Under the pieces are notes generated by a model. It saw nothing but the letters and a program-made list of their open reading frames with translations, did not search any database and was not told the origin of the DNA. From the NCBI GenBank assembly GCA_963812605.1, contig CAWEWF010000006.1, forward strand, positions 384,001-448,000: a stretch of DNA of 64,000 bases, read 5' to 3'. The position numbers were made by a program, and so were the translations under genes. Within the stretch, counting starts at the first letter, position 1. Each line of letters opens with the position of its first letter. The DNA is from an uncultured Verrucomicrobiae bacterium. GTDB lineage: Bacteria; Verrucomicrobiota; Verrucomicrobiia; Palsa-1439. This document shows, in pieces, positions 21,721 to 33,099 of this stretch.

Positions 21721-23153
21721 AAACCCGGAATTCCATAGGACAGCAGGTTGGACGGAATGCAGCATCGCCAAATGCGGCGGTGCTGGTGATTGTGCTTTGG
21801 ATTGCCTTCGGCCTGGTGAGTATCGCCCTCTATTTTGGTCAATCAATGATGTTCAATCTCCAGGCGGCCGACAATTATGAAGCCAGCGTCGAGGCCGACC
21901 AGGCCATTGAGGGCGCGGCGCGCTACGTCAGCGCCGTTCTTACCAATCTTCAACAGCAGGTCCAGTCGCAGGGCACGAACATGCCCGGTGTCCTGGTCCT
22001 GCCGGGGGTCATTCAAGCGTACACGCCGCAATCGGGACAGACGCCGTTTACCCAAACGTATCAAAGCCAGGAAGTGCCGGTGGGGAACGCGCACTTCTGG
22101 CTGATCGGAAGAGATACGGGCGGGACTTCGAACGTCAATAGCGGTGTCCCGGTTTTCGCTCTCGTCGATGAAGCGTCGAAGTTGAACCTCAACACGGCGA
22201 CGTTGGACATGCTGGAAGCCCTGCCGTTCATGACGCCCGATTTGGCCGCTTCGATCCTGAACTGGCGGACCAACGCCACCACCACCATTGCGGGAGGCGC
22301 CAAATTGGAGTACGGGATGCTGAATCCGCCGTACACCTGCAAGAACGCCCCGTTCGAGACGGTTGACGAATTGAAACTCGTGATCGGCGCGACAACAGAT
22401 ATCTTGTACGGTGCGGACATCAACCTGAATGGCATCCTCGATGCGAATGAGAGCGTCCAGAATACTTTCCAGACCGGCGCCAACCTCGATAATGGATTGA
22501 ACGCGGGGATCCTCGAGTACGTCACCGTTTACAGCCGCGAACCCAATACGCAGATCGATGGCACTCCCCGTGTCAATATCAGCGCCCGTGGACAAGCTGG
22601 CTTGCGAACGGCGCTGCAGAATGCGTTGGGCTCCGACCGGGCCAGCCAGATCCTGCAGCAGGCCGGAAGAAACACCACGTATACCAGCGTGCTCCAATTC
22701 TATCTCACTAGCGGGATGACCGCCGACGAGTTCGCCCAGGTCGCCGACATGCTGACAGTGAGTGCTGATCCCTACGTTCAAGGACTGGTGAATGTGAATA
22801 CGGCTTCCGCCACGGTTCTGGCCTGCCTCCCCGGTATCGGGGTGAACAACGCGCCGGCGCTCATCACTTATCGACAGGCTCATCCCGATCAACTGGCCAC
22901 GGTGGCCTGGGTGGCCCAGGTTTTGGGGAACGACGCGGCCATCCAGGCGGGCCCGTATATCACCGCCAAAAGTTACCAGTTCAGCGCCGACGTGGCCGCC
23001 GTCGGTCATCACGGCCGCGGGTATCGGCGGACCGTGTTCGTGTTTGACACCAGTAGCGGAACGCCACAGATCACTTACCGCCGAGATTTGAATCAATTGA
23101 CCCGGGCGCTTGGCGCCGCCCGACAAAACTGGCAACTGACCGGGAACATGTGA
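21717..23153 (+). CDS. gspK: Minor pseudopilin GspK
   Basis: AVLVIVLWI, DEASKLNLN, FETVDELKLV, VNVNTASATVLACLPGIG. Confidence 0.88.
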   Translation: MKTRNSIGQQVGRNAASPNAAVLVIVLWIAFGLVSIALYFGQSMMFNLQAADNYEASVEADQAIEGAARYVSAVLTNLQQQVQSQGTNMPGVLVLPGVIQAYTPQSGQTPFTQTYQSQEVPVGNAHFWLIGRDTGGTSNVNSGVPVFALVDEASKLNLNTATLDMLEALPFMTPDLAASILNWRTNATTTIAGGAKLEYGMLNPPYTCKNAPFETVDELKLVIGATTDILYGADINLNGILDANESVQNTFQTGANLDNGLNAGILEYVTVYSREPNTQIDGTPRVNISARGQAGLRTALQNALGSDRASQILQQAGRNTTYTSVLQFYLTSGMTADEFAQVADMLTVSADPYVQGLVNVNTASATVLACLPGIGVNNAPALITYRQAHPDQLATVAWVAQVLGNDAAIQAGPYITAKSYQFSADVAAVGHHGRGYRRTVFVFDTSSGTPQITYRRDLNQLTRALGAARQNWQLTGNM

Positions 23154-24604
23154 TGACACTGGATTTTCTTGCATCGCTGAAACCGCGCGGGTCTTCCCTG
23201 ATGGGATTGACCATCGAGGGGCGGCGACTCGAAGGGATCGTCCTTTCACGCGCCAAGGATTCTTTGGAGGCGGGCCAGCCCTTTGAAGTTCTGCTGTCAC
23301 TGGACCCCTTGACCAACGATCCGGAACTGGTTGGACAGGAAATTCGCAATCGACTCGATGAAGCCGGAGTGCGCGAAAGCCGGTGCGCGGTCGGCATTCC
23401 TTTGAATTGGGCGCTGACCCTTCCGGTAAAATTGCCGGAAATTCCCGAGGAAGATGTCCCCAGTTTCCTCAGTATCCAGGCCGAAAGAGGTTTTCCCTAC
23501 AGCCCGGAAGATTTGCGCGTGACGACATCGCGCTGCCATTCCGCCAAAGATGGGCAGTACGCCACTCTCGTGGCGATCCCCCGTGACTATTTGGCGCGCC
23601 TCGAGCAGGTACTCGTTGCCGCCCGGCTCAAACCGGTCAGTTTCTCGCTGCTTGTTACGGCTTTGCAATTGCCGTCCGCTGCGGAATCGGAAGGTGTCCT
23701 GTCCCTGGTGGTCGGTGAAAACAGGGTTGACCTCCAGATTACGTGCGGGGGTGGCGTCGTCGCGTTGCGCTCGCTGGAGGGAGCCATCGAGATCGAGAAC
23801 GGCCAGCGCCAGATTGATACGGATTTGCTGACCCGGGAGATCCGGTTGACGCTGGGGCAACTGCCGGCTGGGTTCCGCGAAGCCGTCACCAGGATTCGTG
23901 TCTTCGGACGCACGGAATGGACGCAACCGTTGGCCGACGAAATTGCGGCGATTGCCGGGCGCATGGGGTTGCCGGTGGAACTGCAGCCGATCGCCCAGGT
24001 GGACGGAGTTGGGGCGTTGGCTTCCATTCCAGAAAGTGCCCCGCCGGCACTGGTGATGGCGCTTCGTTCTTTGGAAGGCAATCCAACCGGTTTCGAGTTC
24101 CTGCCCCCGAAGGTCAGCCCATGGATGGAACTCGCGGCGCGGTTCTCTTCACGTCGCGTCTTTTGGTCGAGCGCGACGGCGGGCGCGGCCATCCTCCTGA
24201 TTTTGCTGGCCTTTCTGGTGCAGTATACCCGGCTTTCGATCCTCGAATCGCGCTGGCACGCCATCGAACCACGCGTCACGGAAATCGATGGCATGCAGCA
24301 AAACATCCGCAAGTTTCGCCCGTGGTTCGACAACTCAGCGCGCACGTTGACAATTCTCAAGAACCTCACCCAGGCCTTTCCGGAAGACGGCGTGGTTTCC
24401 GCGAAGACGCTCGAAATCAAGGATCTTTCGGAAGTCTCCTGCTCCGGCGTGGCGGATGACAACCAGGCTCTGTTGAAGTTGTTGGACCGACTGCGGGCCG
24501 CGCCTCACGTCGAGGACGTCAAGGTCCAGCAGGTCCGCGGCAAATCACCGCTGCAATTCACCTTCGACTTTCATTGGTCGGATGGAGCCACCCATGAAAA
24601 TTGA
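23150..24604 (+). CDS. GspL / PilM-PilN-like assembly protein
   Basis: N-terminal cytoplasmic domain, FLPP, one TM helix, periplasmic PilN-like tail; operon position. Confidence 0.7.
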   Translation: MMTLDFLASLKPRGSSLMGLTIEGRRLEGIVLSRAKDSLEAGQPFEVLLSLDPLTNDPELVGQEIRNRLDEAGVRESRCAVGIPLNWALTLPVKLPEIPEEDVPSFLSIQAERGFPYSPEDLRVTTSRCHSAKDGQYATLVAIPRDYLARLEQVLVAARLKPVSFSLLVTALQLPSAAESEGVLSLVVGENRVDLQITCGGGVVALRSLEGAIEIENGQRQIDTDLLTREIRLTLGQLPAGFREAVTRIRVFGRTEWTQPLADEIAAIAGRMGLPVELQPIAQVDGVGALASIPESAPPALVMALRSLEGNPTGFEFLPPKVSPWMELAARFSSRRVFWSSATAGAAILLILLAFLVQYTRLSILESRWHAIEPRVTEIDGMQQNIRKFRPWFDNSARTLTILKNLTQAFPEDGVVSAKTLEIKDLSEVSCSGVADDNQALLKLLDRLRAAPHVEDVKVQQVRGKSPLQFTFDFHWSDGATHEN

Positions 24605-25133
24605 GAATCGCCAAAAAGTGCTGACGATCGTGGCGATCAGCGCGGTGGCTGTGTTGGCCCTCGATCGGCTGGTTCTCACGCCGTTGGGCCGGGTGTGGCA
24701 AAAACGCTCCGAGCGGATTGCGGAATTGTCGAAGGACCTCAGCCAGGGCAAACTTCTGCTGGAGCGCGAGACGACGATCCGGAACCGCTGGTCAAACATG
24801 GCGAGCAACACCCTGCCCGTGAACCTGTCGATGGCAGAAAGCAAGGTCTTGAAGTCCGTGGATAATTGGACGCAAGACAGCGGGATCAGTTTCACTTCCA
24901 TCAAGCCCCAGTGGAAACAGAATGAGAACGACTACGTGACGCTGGAGTGCCGGGCCGATGCATTTGGAGACATGTCATCCCTGACTCGCTTTCTCTACGA
25001 TCTGGAGCGGGAACAGGCCTTGCGAGTGGAGGACGTTGAAATCTCCTCGCGGGATAACGATGGCCAACAACTTTCGCTCGGAGTGCGTTTTACCGGATTG
25101 GTCCTTACCGGAGAACCGGCGGAACAGCCATGA
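24594..25133 (+). CDS. GspM / PilO-like protein
   Basis: N-terminal TM, coiled coil, FLYDLE motif; operon position. Confidence 0.7.
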   Translation: MKIENRQKVLTIVAISAVAVLALDRLVLTPLGRVWQKRSERIAELSKDLSQGKLLLERETTIRNRWSNMASNTLPVNLSMAESKVLKSVDNWTQDSGISFTSIKPQWKQNENDYVTLECRADAFGDMSSLTRFLYDLEREQALRVEDVEISSRDNDGQQLSLGVRFTGLVLTGEPAEQP

Positions 25134-25759
25134 AACATTCCGGGAAACGACGACAACGAATCGACAGGCTGGCGTGGCTTGTGCCTGCCTTCGCCGCGGC
25201 GTTGTCCTGCCTTCCCGCCGCGGTCGGCGCGGTCGATACGAGCAACACCTCGTCCGCCGTGTCCCTCCAGAATTTCAAAATCATTACGCAACGGAACATT
25301 TTCGACCCCAACCGCCAGGCAGACTCCGGGGAACGGGGCCGGAGGATCGATCCCAATCGGCTGGCGCGCGCGGAAGGCTTTTCCCTGGTGGGCACGTTGC
25401 TTGATAAGCGGGGTGAATTCGCTTTCTTCAGCGGTAGTGACTCGAAATACAAGAAGGTCCTGAAAGTAGCCGGCACCATCGCCGACTACAAGGTCACGGA
25501 AGTCGCGCCGGACCATGTCGAGCTGGAGAACAACGGCACGCAGGTCAAGATGACCGTCGGAATGCAGATGAAAAAACTTGATGCGGGAGAATGGCAGTTG
25601 GTGGATGGCACTGTGGCCCTGGCCAAAGTATCGGAGACTTCCGCTTCCGAAACAAAAGATACGGAAACTTCCAACGACGGACCCAGCACGGGCAACAGCA
25701 GCGCCGATGCGGTCCTTAAAAAGTTGATGCAACAGCGCGAAAAGGAGTTGAATAAATGA
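25130..25759 (+). CDS. GspC / PilP-like protein
   Basis: RNIFDP, LVGT, G.TI..YKV.EV..DHVEL; directly before the secretin genes. Confidence 0.6.
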   Translation: MKHSGKRRQRIDRLAWLVPAFAAALSCLPAAVGAVDTSNTSSAVSLQNFKIITQRNIFDPNRQADSGERGRRIDPNRLARAEGFSLVGTLLDKRGEFAFFSGSDSKYKKVLKVAGTIADYKVTEVAPDHVELENNGTQVKMTVGMQMKKLDAGEWQLVDGTVALAKVSETSASETKDTETSNDGPSTGNSSADAVLKKLMQQREKELNK

Positions 25760-27384
25760 ACACCGTGAAAATCTACGTACTACTGCTTGGATTAAGCTGG
25801 GGCACCGTGACGCTGTCGTTCGGCCAAACAAATGATGCGCCGCGAGCGTCCGATCCCACGAACGGCCCCGCGGTCGAGCAGCCCAATGCTTCGCCCGCAG
25901 TCGCGGATCAACCGTCCACCAACGAGACGGCGGTTGCTGAGACTCCCAGTGAGGCGGCAACCGCCAGTGCGGCTGTTACAACGAATGAACCCGCAGGCGA
26001 TGATGAATTGCGCCTGAATTTCCGCGGCGCCCCGTTGGAAATGGTATTGGATTACCTCAGCAAAGCCGCCGGTTTCACCATCGTTTTGGAAACGGACGTG
26101 AAGGGCAAGGTGGATGTTTGGAACAACCATCCGCTCACCAAGGATGAGGCGGTCGCGGTGTTGGATTCCGCGTTGAATCGCAATGGCTACGCGGCGATTC
26201 GCAACGGGCGCACCCTGACGATCATGAGCCGGGACGAGGCGAAGAAACGCAACATCCCCGTCACGCCCGGCAGCAATCCCGAGGCGATCCCGAAGACCGA
26301 TGAAATGGTCACGCAAATCATCCCGGTCCGTTATGCCAATGTCTCTCAGTTGCTCAAAGACCTGGAACCTCTCAAACCCGCTTATGCCACCTTGACCGCG
26401 AACGACAGCGCGAACGCGCTGGTCTTGACCGATACACGGGCCAACGTCCGGCGCATGGTGGAAATCGTCAACGCGCTGGATACTTCCGTTTCCAGTGTTT
26501 CGACCGTGCGCGTGTTCCCGTTGAAATATGCGGATGCCAAGGATTTGGCGGCTGCGGTCAAGGAATTATTCCAATCACCCACCACCGGCCAGCAGCAAGG
26601 CAACAATGCGCGCCAGTTTTTCCGTGGCTTCGGCGGCGGTGGTGGTGGCCCCGGCGGCCAGGGCGGCGGCACAGACAATGCGGCGGCGCAACGAGTCGTT
26701 CCCCACGTCTCGGCGGTGGCGGACGACCGTAGCAACTCATTGGTCGTCAGCGCGCCGGACGAATACATCCCAACGATCGAGCAATTGGTCCGGGAAATCG
26801 ATGTCAGCGTCACGGACGTGACCGAATTGCGAGTATTCCATCTGGCCAATTGCGATCCGGTGGAGACAGCGGCGCTTTTTGCGCAGTTGTTCCCGGATGA
26901 CAGCCGGACAACTGACCAGAACCAGGCCGCCGTCCGTTTTCGTGGAGGATTCGGCGGCTTCTTCAACCAGGGAAACGTCCCGACCGTTCAGACGCCGACC
27001 AGCGACCGGATGAAGAAGAAAGGCGAGGTCATCGCGGTACCGGACCAGCGCACGTCGTCGGTCATTATTAGCGCCGCGGGCGATTTAATGCCCCAGATCG
27101 CCGCCATGATCGAGCAGCTCGACGGCAATTCATCCAAGAAACAAAGCGTCTATGTCATCCCTCTGGAAAACGCGGAAGTTACCGATGTCCTGCCCGTGTT
27201 GCAGGATATGTTCAACAAGAATAACAACACGTCCAAGAGCAGTGCTTCGAGCCAGAATGACCAGAATAACGCGCTCAATGCCCGAGCCACCCGGAACAAC
27301 CAGCAATCGACAACCGCCGCCGGCACAGGGATGCGCACCGGTGGTGTCGGCGGGGGCGGAGCCGCCGGCGGAGGCGGATTCTAA
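25756..27384 (+). CDS. Secretin N-terminal (N0-N3) domain-only protein
   Basis: Signal peptide, LRLNFRGAPLEMVL, repeated N domains (DSANAL, VFPLKYADA, DDRSNSL, DQRTSSV); ends in a Gly-rich tail with no secretin barrel. Confidence 0.85.
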   Translation: MNTVKIYVLLLGLSWGTVTLSFGQTNDAPRASDPTNGPAVEQPNASPAVADQPSTNETAVAETPSEAATASAAVTTNEPAGDDELRLNFRGAPLEMVLDYLSKAAGFTIVLETDVKGKVDVWNNHPLTKDEAVAVLDSALNRNGYAAIRNGRTLTIMSRDEAKKRNIPVTPGSNPEAIPKTDEMVTQIIPVRYANVSQLLKDLEPLKPAYATLTANDSANALVLTDTRANVRRMVEIVNALDTSVSSVSTVRVFPLKYADAKDLAAAVKELFQSPTTGQQQGNNARQFFRGFGGGGGGPGGQGGGTDNAAAQRVVPHVSAVADDRSNSLVVSAPDEYIPTIEQLVREIDVSVTDVTELRVFHLANCDPVETAALFAQLFPDDSRTTDQNQAAVRFRGGFGGFFNQGNVPTVQTPTSDRMKKKGEVIAVPDQRTSSVIISAAGDLMPQIAAMIEQLDGNSSKKQSVYVIPLENAEVTDVLPVLQDMFNKNNNTSKSSASSQNDQNNALNARATRNNQQSTTAAGTGMRTGGVGGGGAAGGGGF

Positions 27385-27428
27385 CCATGATCGAATTCTC
27401 TGACAAACAGAACACCGCAAGGCGAAAT

Positions 27429-28611
27429 ATGATAAACAAGGTTTGGCAGCCAAAAAAAGTTCTCGTCGGGATCGTCAGCTTCTGGATGTGTGCCGTGCTC
27501 CAGGTTCGTGCGCAAGGGCAACAGCAGTTGCAGCCGCGACCAGCCGCGGCGTCTTCCTCGACCGCTGGCAGCCGGCCGTATGTTCCCAATGGAACGATCG
27601 GTGACGCGGTGATCTCCAGCGACCCGGATACCAAGCAGATCACAGTCATCGCCGACGAGGAAACCGCTGGGTATATCAAGCAAGTGATCAGCGGGTTGGA
27701 TCGCCCGAAGCCCCAGGTACTGATCAAAGTTGTTTTCCTGGAAGTGGAATACGACAACGCTTCCGACATTGGCGTTGAGGGCAACATCACCGGCAAGCTC
27801 CGGGTCCATGACCGGTACAGCCTCGAATATTTTCGGCCTTCTTTCATCGGGCGCCTCCCCGGTGCCGCCGGGCGCCGGGCTTTATACTGTCCTGGGAAAT
27901 GATTTTTCGGCCACCCTGCGGTTGATTGCATCGGCGGGGAAAACGGAAATCCTTTCCCGTCCTTCAATCCTTGCCCGAAATAACCAGCAGGCCACAATCA
28001 CGCTTGGCCAACAGGTCCCCTTGATCACCAGCACACGGTTTGATACGCTGGGCAACCAGATCAACTCCGTCACCTACCAGAATGTCGGGATTATCCTGCA
28101 AGTGACCCCGTTCATCACGCCGGAGGGATTTGTGGAAATGATCGTCTCGCCGCAAACTTCAGAACTTGCTGATCGATCGCAGTGGGTTCCCATCTCGAGT
28201 GGACCCAGCGGTTCCATTAGCGCCCCCGTGATTAACACACGGTCGGCGGACACCGTGGTGGTTGTTCCGGACGGGCAAACATGCATTATTGGTGGGTTGA
28301 TGGAAAATCAGCGCGTTAGTTCCGACAGCAAGATCCCGATCCTGGGCGACATTCCCCTCATCGGCAATGCGTTTAAGCGCCAAACAAAAACTTACACCAA
28401 AACCGAACTCATCATCTTCCTGACCCCGCACATCGTTGCGAACCCTGTGCAACTTGTCGGGTTGTCCGCAAGGGAGAAGGCAAACGCGCAATTGGCCCCC
28501 AAGGCATTTACGGAACAGGAACTGGACCGTTTTCTGGACACCGTGCCCGTAAAGGGTAAGACCAATAGTATGAATCGGGCTGGCACCCAGCCCACGAAGA
28601 GCGCGCAATAA
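27429..28611 (+). CDS. gspD: Secretin core (one N domain + beta-barrel), GspD C-terminal half; frameshift near 27800
   Basis: Own signal peptide; LDRPKPQVLIKV, LSRPSILARNNQQATI, VGIILQVTP, DGQTCIIGGL, KIPILGDIPLIG, KTELIIFLTPHI. Confidence 0.88.
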
Positions 28612-30171
28612 ATGGCCGAATCCGAAGCGACTTTTACCTCGCGCATCCGGCGGCGGACTCCGCTCGTCTACGGTTTTCTGCTGGCGGCCTGGGCCACGAT
28701 CATCATCTGGCAGGTCCTGGAATACCGTTGGGTCAAGGAGTCCGCGCGGACAACACTAATCAACCGATCCCGAGACATCGCCGCAACGCTGAGCATCGTC
28801 ATTCGGTCGCAGCGGCGCTTCGGGGGAATTGTCTCCCAGGAACGCCTGGAATCCGCGTTGAATGAACTCGCAAAATCCGGCGAACTCATCTCGGTCGCGC
28901 TCTTAAATGCCTCGGGCTACGTGGTGGCCTTCGCGGGCAAACCCCTTGATTTCGAAACGACGGATGCGGCCCAGCAGGCGGAACGGTGGAACGACCGGAG
29001 CGTCACCCTTGTGAATCTGATCGATTTGGGCGCAAGCGTGACGCCAGCCGGCGAAACCAATCGCCCGACAATCATTCTGCCGCGACGGGATGCGACAAAT
29101 GTCGTTCGCAATGTCGAGAGAGGAATCGAACGCGGCGAGCCCCGTATGGGCGATCCACCGTTCCAACGCCCTGCCGACAGCGGGATCACCAACAACACGA
29201 CGACGAACACGGTCGAGCGGGCCGAAGGTCCCAGGGATCGCGGAGGCCGCCCACGGTTCGGACGACCATTTTGGATGGATGAGAAAGAGTACCAGGAGTT
29301 GAGCAAGACGCGCGGGCTCCATCATTTGGTGATCGCCATGTCCACCGAGTCTTTTCGCACCGCGTCCCTGCGGGATCTCTGGCTGCGGTTTATCATCGGC
29401 TTTCTGGCGACGGTCGCCGTCGTCGGTATCGGACTGGCCTGGCAGAATCTCGTCAAAACCTCCGAATTGCAGGTGTACCTGCTGCGCGCCAGCGAACTGA
29501 ACTCCCACTTGCGGGAGATGAACGTGGCCGCGGCCGGTCTCGCCCATGAAACCCGCAATCCACTGAATATCGTTCGCGGCCTGGCGCAAATGATTTCCAA
29601 GGAACCCGCCACGCCGGAGGAAATTCGGGATAAATCACTCCAGATCGCCGATGAGGTGGATCGGGTGACCGCGCAATTGAACGAATTCATCAACTATTCC
29701 CGGCCGCGTGAAGTGCGACGGTCGGCGGTCGCCCTGGATTCGGTGATCCGCGATGTGGTCCGCGCGCTCCAAAGCGACCTCGATGACAAAGATATCGAAC
29801 TAACGATCGACGACGAGGGCCTTACCGTGGAAGCGGACGCGCAGTTGCTTCGCCAGGTCATCTTTAATCTGCTGATCAACAGCATCCAGGCCCTCCCGTC
29901 GCACGGGGAGATCCAAATCGTTTCCCGAAAAAGCAGCGCCACAGAGGCGCAGCTCGATGTTCGGGACAATGGCCCGGGCGTTTCACGCGAGCACCGCAAT
30001 GAAATCTTCAAGCCATACTTCACCACCCATCCGAAGGGGACGGGATTGGGGCTGGCGGTCGTCCAGCAAATTGTTCTCGCGCACGGATGGGAGATTCAAT
30101 ATATCCCCAAGGAACCGAACGGAGCGATTTTTCGTCTCAGTCGCCTGAAACTCTCTTCGAAGACGGGATGA
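28612..30171 (+). CDS. Membrane sensor histidine kinase (ZraS/AtoS-like)
   Basis: Two TM helices, AAGLAHETRNPL, NLLINS, DNGPG, PYFTT, GTGLGL. Confidence 0.92.
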   Translation: MAESEATFTSRIRRRTPLVYGFLLAAWATIIIWQVLEYRWVKESARTTLINRSRDIAATLSIVIRSQRRFGGIVSQERLESALNELAKSGELISVALLNASGYVVAFAGKPLDFETTDAAQQAERWNDRSVTLVNLIDLGASVTPAGETNRPTIILPRRDATNVVRNVERGIERGEPRMGDPPFQRPADSGITNNTTTNTVERAEGPRDRGGRPRFGRPFWMDEKEYQELSKTRGLHHLVIAMSTESFRTASLRDLWLRFIIGFLATVAVVGIGLAWQNLVKTSELQVYLLRASELNSHLREMNVAAAGLAHETRNPLNIVRGLAQMISKEPATPEEIRDKSLQIADEVDRVTAQLNEFINYSRPREVRRSAVALDSVIRDVVRALQSDLDDKDIELTIDDEGLTVEADAQLLRQVIFNLLINSIQALPSHGEIQIVSRKSSATEAQLDVRDNGPGVSREHRNEIFKPYFTTHPKGTGLGLAVVQQIVLAHGWEIQYIPKEPNGAIFRLSRLKLSSKTG

Positions 30172-30183
30172 CAACCGGAGCGC

Positions 30184-31591
30184 ATGCCACAAAACACCAA
30201 CCACCCATCCTCCAGCGCAGGCCGCATCCTGATCGTCGACGACGATGCCGGCCAGCGCAGCCTCCTGAGTTCGTTTTTGAACGGCCAAGGGTTCGAGACC
30301 GTGCCAGTCTCCTCGGGCGAAAGTGCGCTCGAAGTCCTGGGCGAACAGGAATTCGCCATGATGATTACCGATGTGCGGATGCCCGGCATCTCCGGCCTCG
30401 AGACGCTGCGACGTTTGCGAAAGGTGCGCCCCGCCCTGCCCGTCCTGCTCGTCACTGCCTATGCGGACATCCGCGACGCGGTCGTGGCGATGCGTGATGG
30501 CGCGGTGAATTACCTGGAAAAGCCGATTGATTTGGATGAATTGCTGGCCTCCGTTCGGACCGCCGTCGGCCTTGATGGCGCGGTGGCTCCGACGGTGACG
30601 GAAGAACGGCCGTTGCCCAAAGGCGTCGTCGCCAGCAGCCGGCTCATGCAAGCCGTCTTTCGCGACACGTCGCTGGTCGCTTCCTCCGAAACCCGGATCC
30701 TGCTCGACGGGCGAGAGTGGCGTCGGCAAGGAAGTGATCGCCGAAGTCATCCACGCGTGGAGTCCTCGAGCCGCCGGTCCCTTCGTCAAAGTGAATTGCG
30801 CGGCCATTCCGGAAACCCTCCTGGAAAGTGAACTCTTTGGCCACGAGAAGGGCGCCTTCACGGGCGCGTACACCCAGCGCATCGGGCGTTTCGAGGAAGC
30901 GAATCAAGGGACTATTTTCCTCGATGAAATTGTCGAGATGTCTTCGCCGCTGCAGGCAAAATTGCTGCGCGTCCTCCAGGATGGGCGATTTCAACGGGTG
31001 GGCTCCAACAAGGAATTGCATACGGACGCGCGCATTCTCGCGGCCACCAATCGCGACCTGGAAGAGGTCGTCGCCAATGGGGAATTCCGCGAGGATCTGT
31101 ACTACCGGCTCAATGTGATGGAGATCCACGTTCCGCCGCTTCGTGAACGTCCGGAGGACATTTTGCCGCTGGCGACTTTGTTTCTCGGGCAGTTTACCGA
31201 TCACAAGGCGAAGTTTTCGCCGGGTGTCGCGCGCTTTCTGGAGGCGTACAAATGGCCCGGCAATGTACGGGAATTGCGCAACGCGATTGAACGGGCGGTA
31301 TTGATGTCGCACGGCAACCTGATTCTGCCCGAACACTTCCCCGCCCGTGTCCAGGAAGATTCGACGAAGTCCACGGAAAGACTGACCCTTCAGGCCAGCC
31401 GCTTGGAAGACCTCGAACGGGAAGCGATTCTCCTTGCCCTGCGCGAGCACAGTTTTAACCGCACCGAGACCGCCAAGGCGCTGGGCCTGAGCCGTCGAGC
31501 CCTGCTCTACAAGCTCCATCGGCTGCGTGAGCTCGGATTTCCAGTCGATCCGCCGGCAGCCGGTGCCGCGAAAGATGCACCAGCTACATGA
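30184..31591 (+). CDS. Sigma-54-dependent response regulator (NtrC/ZraR family); frameshift near 30705
   Basis: Receiver domain, [39 protein letters not shown], Fis-type HTH. Confidence 0.93.
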
Positions 31592-31782
31592 GTCGTTCCC
31601 CCGTTGGGTGCGTTCGCCATCTTCCATAAATTGCTTTCGCGGTTACCGATGGATCTCATCCGCGCATTTGCCGGTTTCAAAAAACCTGTTGCCCTCCGGG
31701 GCATGGCTGTGGCACTAAGAATGGTCAGCGCGTTGCGGAACACACCGTCCGCCAAACGTGACGACGGGCCGAGGTTATCAAT

Positions 31783-33099
31783 ATGGCGACACCAGCATTT
31801 CCCGACATTGCGCGAATCGAATACGAAGGCCCGAAGTCGAAGAATCCGCTCGCCTTCAAGCATTACCATGCGACCGAGAAACTCGACGGCAAAACGCTGC
31901 GTGACCATTTGCGCTTCGCGGTCTGTTACTGGCATACGTTTCGCAACCCATTGAGTGATCCCTTCGGCGTCGGGACAGCGCTTCGCCCGTGGGATGACGG
32001 CTCGAACTCCGTCGCGAACGCCCAGCGTCGCGTACGCGCCGCCTTCGAGTTCATCGAAAAACTCGGGGTGCCGTTCTTTTGTTTTCACGACGGAGATGTG
32101 GCGCCCGAAGGCCGCGATCTTCGCGAAACCAACAAGAATCTGGACGCGGTCGTAAAGGTCCTCAAGGAAGAACAACAGCGCACCGGCATCAAGCTGCTCT
32201 GGGGCACGGCCAACTTATTCTCCCATCCGCGCTACGTCCACGGCGCTTCTACAAGCTGCAACGCTGACGTGTTCGCATTCGCGGCGGCGCAGGTGAAGAA
32301 GGCCCTCGAGGTCACGCACGAACTCGGCGGCGCGGGTTATGTTTTCTGGGGCGGACGCGAAGGCTATTCGACCCTGCTCAATACCGACCTCAAGCGCGAA
32401 CAGGAACATCTCGCGAAGTTCCTGCATCTGGCGGTGGACTACAAGAAAGTCCTCGGCTTCCGGGGCCAGTTTTTCATTGAGCCGAAGCCGAAAGAGCCGA
32501 CGAAACACCAGTACGACTCCGACGCGGCGGCCTGCTTGAACTTTCTGCGCGAGTTCGACCTGCTCGACCACTTTCAACTCAACATCGAAACCAATCACGC
32601 CACGCTGGCCGGTCACACGATGCAGCACGAACTCGCCGTCGCGGCGGCGGCTAGCCGGCTCGGGTCGATCGATGCCAACCGCGGCGACGAATTGCTCGGG
32701 TGGGACACCGACCAATTCCCAACGGACATTTATTTGACAACACAAATCATGCTGGTCGTGCTCGGTATGGGTGGATTCAAGGCTGGCGGATTCAACTTCG
32801 ACGCAAAAGTCCGCCGGGAAAGTTTTGAGCCGGTGGATTTGTTTCACGCGCACATCGGTGGCATGGACGCGTTCGCGCGCGGGCTAAAGATCGCCGCGGC
32901 AATCCGCAAGGACGGCCGTCTCGCCGCGTTCATAAAGGAGCGCTATGCCTCGTGGGACCGCGGTATTGGCCGTGACATCGAAAAGGGCAAGCTTGGTCTG
33001 AAGGAATTGGAAGCGTATATGCTCAAGAAGGGCGAAGCCGACGTGAACACGAGCGGACGACAGGAAATGTTGGAAAATCTCATCAACGAGTTCATATGA
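31783..33099 (+). CDS. xylA: Xylose isomerase (class II)
   Basis: [59 protein letters not shown]. Confidence 0.97.
   Translation: MATPAFPDIARIEYEGPKSKNPLAFKHYHATEKLDGKTLRDHLRFAVCYWHTFRNPLSDPFGVGTALRPWDDGSNSVANAQRRVRAAFEFIEKLGVPFFCFHDGDVAPEGRDLRETNKNLDAVVKVLKEEQQRTGIKLLWGTANLFSHPRYVHGASTSCNADVFAFAAAQVKKALEVTHELGGAGYVFWGGREGYSTLLNTDLKREQEHLAKFLHLAVDYKKVLGFRGQFFIEPKPKEPTKHQYDSDAAACLNFLREFDLLDHFQLNIETNHATLAGHTMQHELAVAAAASRLGSIDANRGDELLGWDTDQFPTDIYLTTQIMLVVLGMGGFKAGGFNFDAKVRRESFEPVDLFHAHIGGMDAFARGLKIAAAIRKDGRLAAFIKERYASWDRGIGRDIEKGKLGLKELEAYMLKKGEADVNTSGRQEMLENLINEFI

Noticed and set aside
31696-31716. Sigma-54 promoter for xylA
   Set aside because: GG-N10-GC spacing is present but the flanks deviate from TGGCA...TTGC; likely chance in GC-rich DNA
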